Positions 59,001 through 64,000 of a DNA stretch of 64,000 bases are shown in pieces. The DNA is from an uncultured Candidatus Micrarchaeota archaeon (GTDB lineage: Archaea > Micrarchaeota > Micrarchaeia > Micrarchaeales > Micrarchaeaceae). The position numbers and the translations under genes are program-made. The stretch covers positions 96,001 to 160,000 of the forward strand of contig CAVUGN010000005.1 in NCBI GenBank assembly GCA_963741095.1, written 5' to 3'. A model generated the notes under the pieces. It was not told where the DNA came from. It made no database searches and worked only from the letters and a program-made list of their open reading frames with translations. Within the stretch, counting starts at the first letter, position 1; the number at the start of each line of letters is the position of its first letter.

Positions 59001-62000
59001 CCTCCCACCTGTCCAGTTGCAGTAGCGGTGTCGTATACTGAGGCGCCAAGTGCCGGAGTGGTCGATGGACTGACTTCAGTACCAATGGTAAGAGTGCCCT
59101 GTTGTACCGTGAATGGTTCACATGAATAACCGGATCCCGCGTAGTTTGAATCACCAGTGTAGGCGCTGGCCTCGTATGAGTATGGTCCTGCATTGAGGTC
59201 TGTCATTGAGGTGGACTGAGCGCCGAGTGAAACGCCCGTCTGTGTGCTGACTGGGGTGCCTTCACATGAGGCACCGTTGTACAGTGTGACTGTCAATGTT
59301 CCCGTCGGGGTGAAGCCTCCCACCTGTCCAGTTGCAGTAGCGGTGTCGTATACTGAGGCGCCAAGTGCCGGAGTGGTCGATGGACTGACTTCAGTACCAA
59401 TGGTAAGAGTGCCCTGTTGTACCGTGAATGGTTCACATGAATAACCGGATCCCGCGTAGTTTGAATCACCAGTGTAGGCGCTGGCCTCGTATGAGTATGG
59501 TCCTGCATTGAGGTCTGTCATTGAGGTGGACTGAGCGCCGAGTGAAACGCCCGTCTGTGTGCTGACTGGGGTGCCTTCACATGAGGCACCGTTGTACAGT
59601 GTGACTGTCAATGTTCCCGTCGGGGTGAAGCCTCCCACCTGTCCAGTTGCAGTAGCGGTGTCGTATACTGAGGCGCCAAGTGCCGGAGTGGTCGATGGAC
59701 TGACTTCAGTACCAATGGTAAGAGTGCCCTGTTGTACCGTGAATGGTTCACATGAATAACCGGATCCCGCGTAGTTTGAATCACCAGTGTAGGCGCTGGC
59801 CTCGTATGAGTATGGTCCTGCATTGAGGTCTGTCATTGAGGTGGACTGAGCGCCGAGTGAAACGCCCGTCTGTGTGCTGACTGGGGTGCCTTCACATGAG
59901 GCACCGTTGTACAGTGTGACTGTCAATGTTCCCGTCGGGGTGAAGCCTCCCACCTGTCCAGTTGCAGTAGCGGTGTCGTATACTGAGGCGCCAAGTGCCG
60001 GAGTGGTCGATGGACTGACTTCAGTACCAATGGTAAGAGTGCCCTGTTGTACCGTGAATGGTTCACATGAATAACCGGATCCCGCGTAGTTTGAATCACC
60101 AGTGTAGGCGCTGGCCTCGTATGAGTATGGTCCTGCATTGAGGTCTGTCATTGAGGTGGACTGAGCGCCGAGTGAAACGCCCGTCTGTGTGCTGACTGGG
60201 GTGCCTTCACATGAGGCACCGTTGTACAGTGTGACTGTCAATGTTCCCGTCGGGGTGAAGCCTCCCACCTGTCCAGTTGCAGTAGCGGTGTCGTATACTG
60301 AGGCGCCAAGTGCCGGAGTGGTCGATGGACTGACTTCAGTACCAATGGTAAGAGTGCCCTGTTGTACCGTGAATGGTTCACATGAATAACCGGATCCCGC
60401 GTAGTTTGAATCACCAGTGTAGGCGCTGGCCTCGTATGAGTATGGTCCTGCATTGAGGTCTGTCATTGAGGTGGACTGAGCGCCGAGTGAAACGCCCGTC
60501 TGTGTGCTGACTGGGGTGCCTTCACATGAGGCACCGTTGTACAGTGTGACTGTCAATGTTCCCGTCGGGGTGAAGCCTCCCACCTGTCCAGTTGCAGTAG
60601 CGGTGTCGTATACTGAGGCGCCAAGTGCCGGAGTGGTCGATGGACTGACTTCAGTACCAATGGTAAGAGTGCCCTGTTGTACCGTGAATGGTTCACATGA
60701 ATAACCGGATCCCGCGTAGTTTGAATCACCAGTGTAGGCGCTGGCCTCGTATGAGTATGGTCCTGCATTGAGGTCTGTCATTGAGGTGGACTGAGCGCCG
60801 AGTGAAACGCCCGTCTGTGTGCTGACTGGGGTGCCTTCACATGAGGCACCGTTGTACAGTGTGACTGTCAATGTTCCCGTCGGGGTGAAGTCTCCCACCT
60901 GTCCAGTTGCAGTAGCGGTGTCGTATACTGAGGCGCCAAGTGCCGGAGTGGTCGATGGACTGACTTCAGTACCAATGGTAAGAGTGCCCTGTTGTACCGT
61001 GAATGGTTCACATGAACTTGGACCACTTGCAGCGTAGTTTGAATCGCCGCTGTATGATGCATAATAACTGTACGATCCTGCCGCGAGTGCCGCAGTGGTG
61101 GACGAAGCAGGAGCAGTGCCTCCAGACAGTTCAACGGACTGAGTCGTACCAGTATCACTGCATGCGCCGTTAGTGAAGTATGTGTATGTTACTATTCCAG
61201 TCGGTGTAACGCCTGCGACCGTTCCGCCAATGGTGGCCGTGTCGTACTCGGTTGAACCGAGTGTGAGAGACGATGAAGTACCGAGTGTCGTTGAGATTGA
61301 TGAAGATGTCTTGCCGACTACCAGTGTTTCGCATGAACTCGTTGCAGGGTTGTTGTTTGCGTCTCCGGCGAACTTTGCATTCCAGTAGTATGTGGTTGCG
61401 CTCAATGTGCCTGAGCTGGCTGATGTGTACGGGCCGCTTCCCGATCCGGTTGAAGAGATAGCCGCTGATTGGCCTTCTGTGCATTGAGAGTCAGTGTATG
61501 TGTAGAAAGTAACTGCGCCTGTCGGGCTAGTTGCGCCTGAAAGCGTTGCGGTGTCGGTGTCCGACATTCCGGCAGTTGGAGCCGTGTTAGTGAATGCTGT
61601 TGAGATTGTGGGCGATGCCATGCTCGGGGTGACTACCAGCGATTCGCATGCGCTCGTTACAGTTTTGCTGCCCCCGCCGCAATCGCCTCCTTCGCCGCTT
61701 GGGGTATATACCGCATCCCAATAGTATGTTCCTGGTGTCGAGTAGGTGACCGAAGTTGATGGACCGTAGGTCCCATCTCCAGATACGGACTTGGAGCCTT
61801 CTTTGGTTCCCGTTCCTTTGCAGGCAGAGGTGCCGAAATAATAGAATGCAACTGTGCCCTTCGGAGTTAATTGGCCAGAGATGATTGCCTGGTCGCTATC
61901 GCTGGTTCCCGTGGTTATCGGACTTGGGGTTGTGAATGAGGTTGTAAGCGTTGGTGATGTGGGTGCAGCGTTGGAGCCAATCTGCGCAGGGACGAAGACG

Positions 62001-63757
62001 TATGTTGGGATTATGGTGAATCCGCTGGTCGCTGAGGTCGTCGACCAGAGCAGGTCTATTCCAGATTGTGAGTCGCATGTCTGGTAGTAGTCGACCTCTA
62101 TTGGGTACCAGCCCGTAGATCCAACAGTGACAGCAGTTGAAGTGCCATAGGTAGCTGGCTGTATTCCTATCCCGTAACCGGTCGGATTGGTGTTGGCATC
62201 GTTTATCCTAAGGTCTGAGGCAGAGATGGTTGAGCTACCTGAGGCAGTGTTGATGTAAAGCAGAGATCCGTCGTCACTGTATAACTGGAAGTAGTATGTA
62301 GTGCCCTTAGTAAGATAGATGTACCCCGTCCACTCGGTGCTGAACTCTGTGTTATAGAATTGAGTACTGCCAACAGTGAATCCAGGAGAATTCTCCATCC
62401 AGTAGAAGCCGGTTGAAGCCCCATGAGCTATGTTTGGATCGATCTCGGTTGCAGTTGGCAAGGTGCTGGCGAAGCTAGCACTGCCCTCAGGCCAATTCGA
62501 CTCTGATACACAACCTGCTGGATATGATGGAGCAGGAAGCGGGCTTCCGTAAAATGATGCTTTCCAGAACGCAGCATATAGTCCAGAGGGATTCACTTTT
62601 AACGTAGCCGTGTCTGAACCCGTTCCATAGTTGCAGTTATACTTTTTGTTGGAGCCGGATCCGCCGATTAAAGTGCAAACATCGCTGTTTGGATTCTTGC
62701 TCTGGCCAGTTATTATTGCATTTGCCGATGTTACGGCTGCAGTTATAGTATAAGTTTGTGAAGAGCCTACTTCGGGTGGAGAGAAGGTGCATGTAAAAGT
62801 GTAAGCTGATGTGCTAGAAGGAGAACAGGTTACAGGTACCGACAACGATGGTGAACCTCCTGATGTGGACCACTTGTACTTTATTGTCGGAGGTTGTATG
62901 TCCGCTGAAGGGATAGAATCCGAATTTAACTTCACTGTTGCAGTGTATATTGGGGTATTGCCCGGATAAATTATTAATGACGGTTCAAGGTCTACGCTCA
63001 GATGCCAAGGATTGGTCACAACTATTGTGAATCCACAGTCGACTACTGTGTTTCCCGTAGCGTCGGTAACAGTAAGATTGAAGTTATATTCTCCTGTTGA
63101 TAGTTTTGCCGCTGCTGCTGCATCTAGTACACACGGGGCCACCACGTTTGATGATACACCATTTCCAGAGCCGCAGTCCCAGGCAGGCGCAGGTGTGCTT
63201 CCATTATGGCTTTCCAGCCATTGATAGGTATATGGTTGAGTTCCGCCGCTTGCACCGTTGTCTAGTATTATAATGGTGTAATTTATTGTCTGGTTTTGCG
63301 TGATTGTAACGTTTGTTACAGTTGAATCGTTTATTACTGCGTATGGATCTTGTATTGTCAATGCAGGGCTGGTTATTACCGAAGTGTTTGCAGGTGCAAT
63401 CGTTGTTGCATTCGATTCTGGTGTAGAATTTGTTATGGGTGTGGAATTAGTTATGGTGGAACTTGTTGCGTTAGTATTATTATCAGCCGTCGAATTCGTA
63501 ATAGTGTCATTCGATAAGACCGTTGTTGATATTGTGATGTTCGACATCGCTGTGGCATTTATAGTGGTGGTTGCATTTATGATTGCAGTCGCATTGATTG
63601 TCGTGGTGAAATTCGACGGATTCGAAGCGGGACCAAACGTGGGATTTGGAAGCAGGAACAAGGAATGGAATAGCACCATTATCAGCGGAAGCGAAATAAC
63701 CAATGGCACGGCCATCAGCAGACTGCCTTTTAGATTCATTCCCATTTGTTTCACCAC
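53031..63757 (-). CDS. Giant cell-surface adhesin-like protein (about 3,570 codons) split by frameshifts near 56050, 55218 and 53595
   Basis: N-terminal hydrophobic signal; two PA14-like domains (FSTEWTGYI...F-x-L-x-SDDGS-x-L); many Big_3-like repeats (Y-x-GD-x-N); PKD-like repeats; C-terminal TM plus RRRR. ORFs 55985-63757, 55189-56037, 53510-55321 and 53031-53552 overlap in register. Confidence 0.85.
58479..61016. repeat. Eight tandem 315-bp repeats encoding 105-aa Ig-like domains
   Basis: GAATGGTTCACATGAA recurs at 58481 + 315n up to 61001; only one substitution spotted (60891, GGF to GDF). Confidence 0.97.
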
Positions 63758-64000
63758 GTTTAAAGCATCAATGAGGCTGGGTAATTCTGAGATAGCACAG
63801 CCTCAAGACAATTGTTGACAGACATTCCTTGTTTCCCCTTCACAGTGAGTTCACTTGAAGCAAACCCCATTTCAACTCAATATCCTACGACCCCCGCCGC
63901 GGAATATTTCGTATGCCGTATTGTTTAGGGCTTTGCAAACATAATATTTATACGTTCCGATTCGATAATATTTAGATGTTTCTCCGGCTTGTCGAGAGGA

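Noticed and set aside
58479-61016. Regular repeats as a CRISPR array
   Set aside because: The units are 315 bp, contiguous, lack unique spacers and are in frame within a protein; no cas genes are present in the window.

Overview
Archaeal chromosomal window, most likely DPANN and Micrarchaeota-like. This is inferred from archaeal SecE and Sec61-beta, a bifunctional PGI/PMI, tRNA genes without encoded CCA, TATA promoters about 30 nt before ATG, and QSAMEYLMTYGW class III signal peptides. Housekeeping genes (argS, ychF, nnrD, dcd, sua5, thrC, four tRNAs) are interleaved with accessory regions. Highlights: (1) an unannotated array of five 7-8-codon ORFs on the minus strand at 3300-3732, all encoding M-x-G-G-x-[G/S/T] peptides, driven by three repeated TATA/GTGA units and convergent on a 462-aa double Lrp/AsnC regulator in an AT-rich island; (2) two tandem pilin-like proteins that end in a Hint autoprocessing domain with almost nothing after it; (3) a 5.5-kb IS6-like cargo transposon with perfect 40-bp TIRs and a 9-bp TSD, carrying a fused restriction-modification gene and a divergent TGT-fold gene; (4) a roughly 3,570-codon surface protein gene with two PA14-like domains and eight near-perfect 315-bp repeats, sharing a C-terminal module with its neighbour. 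Frameshifts cluster in the transposon and the surface genes and may be assembly indel errors. All family calls are by eye; no database searches were run.
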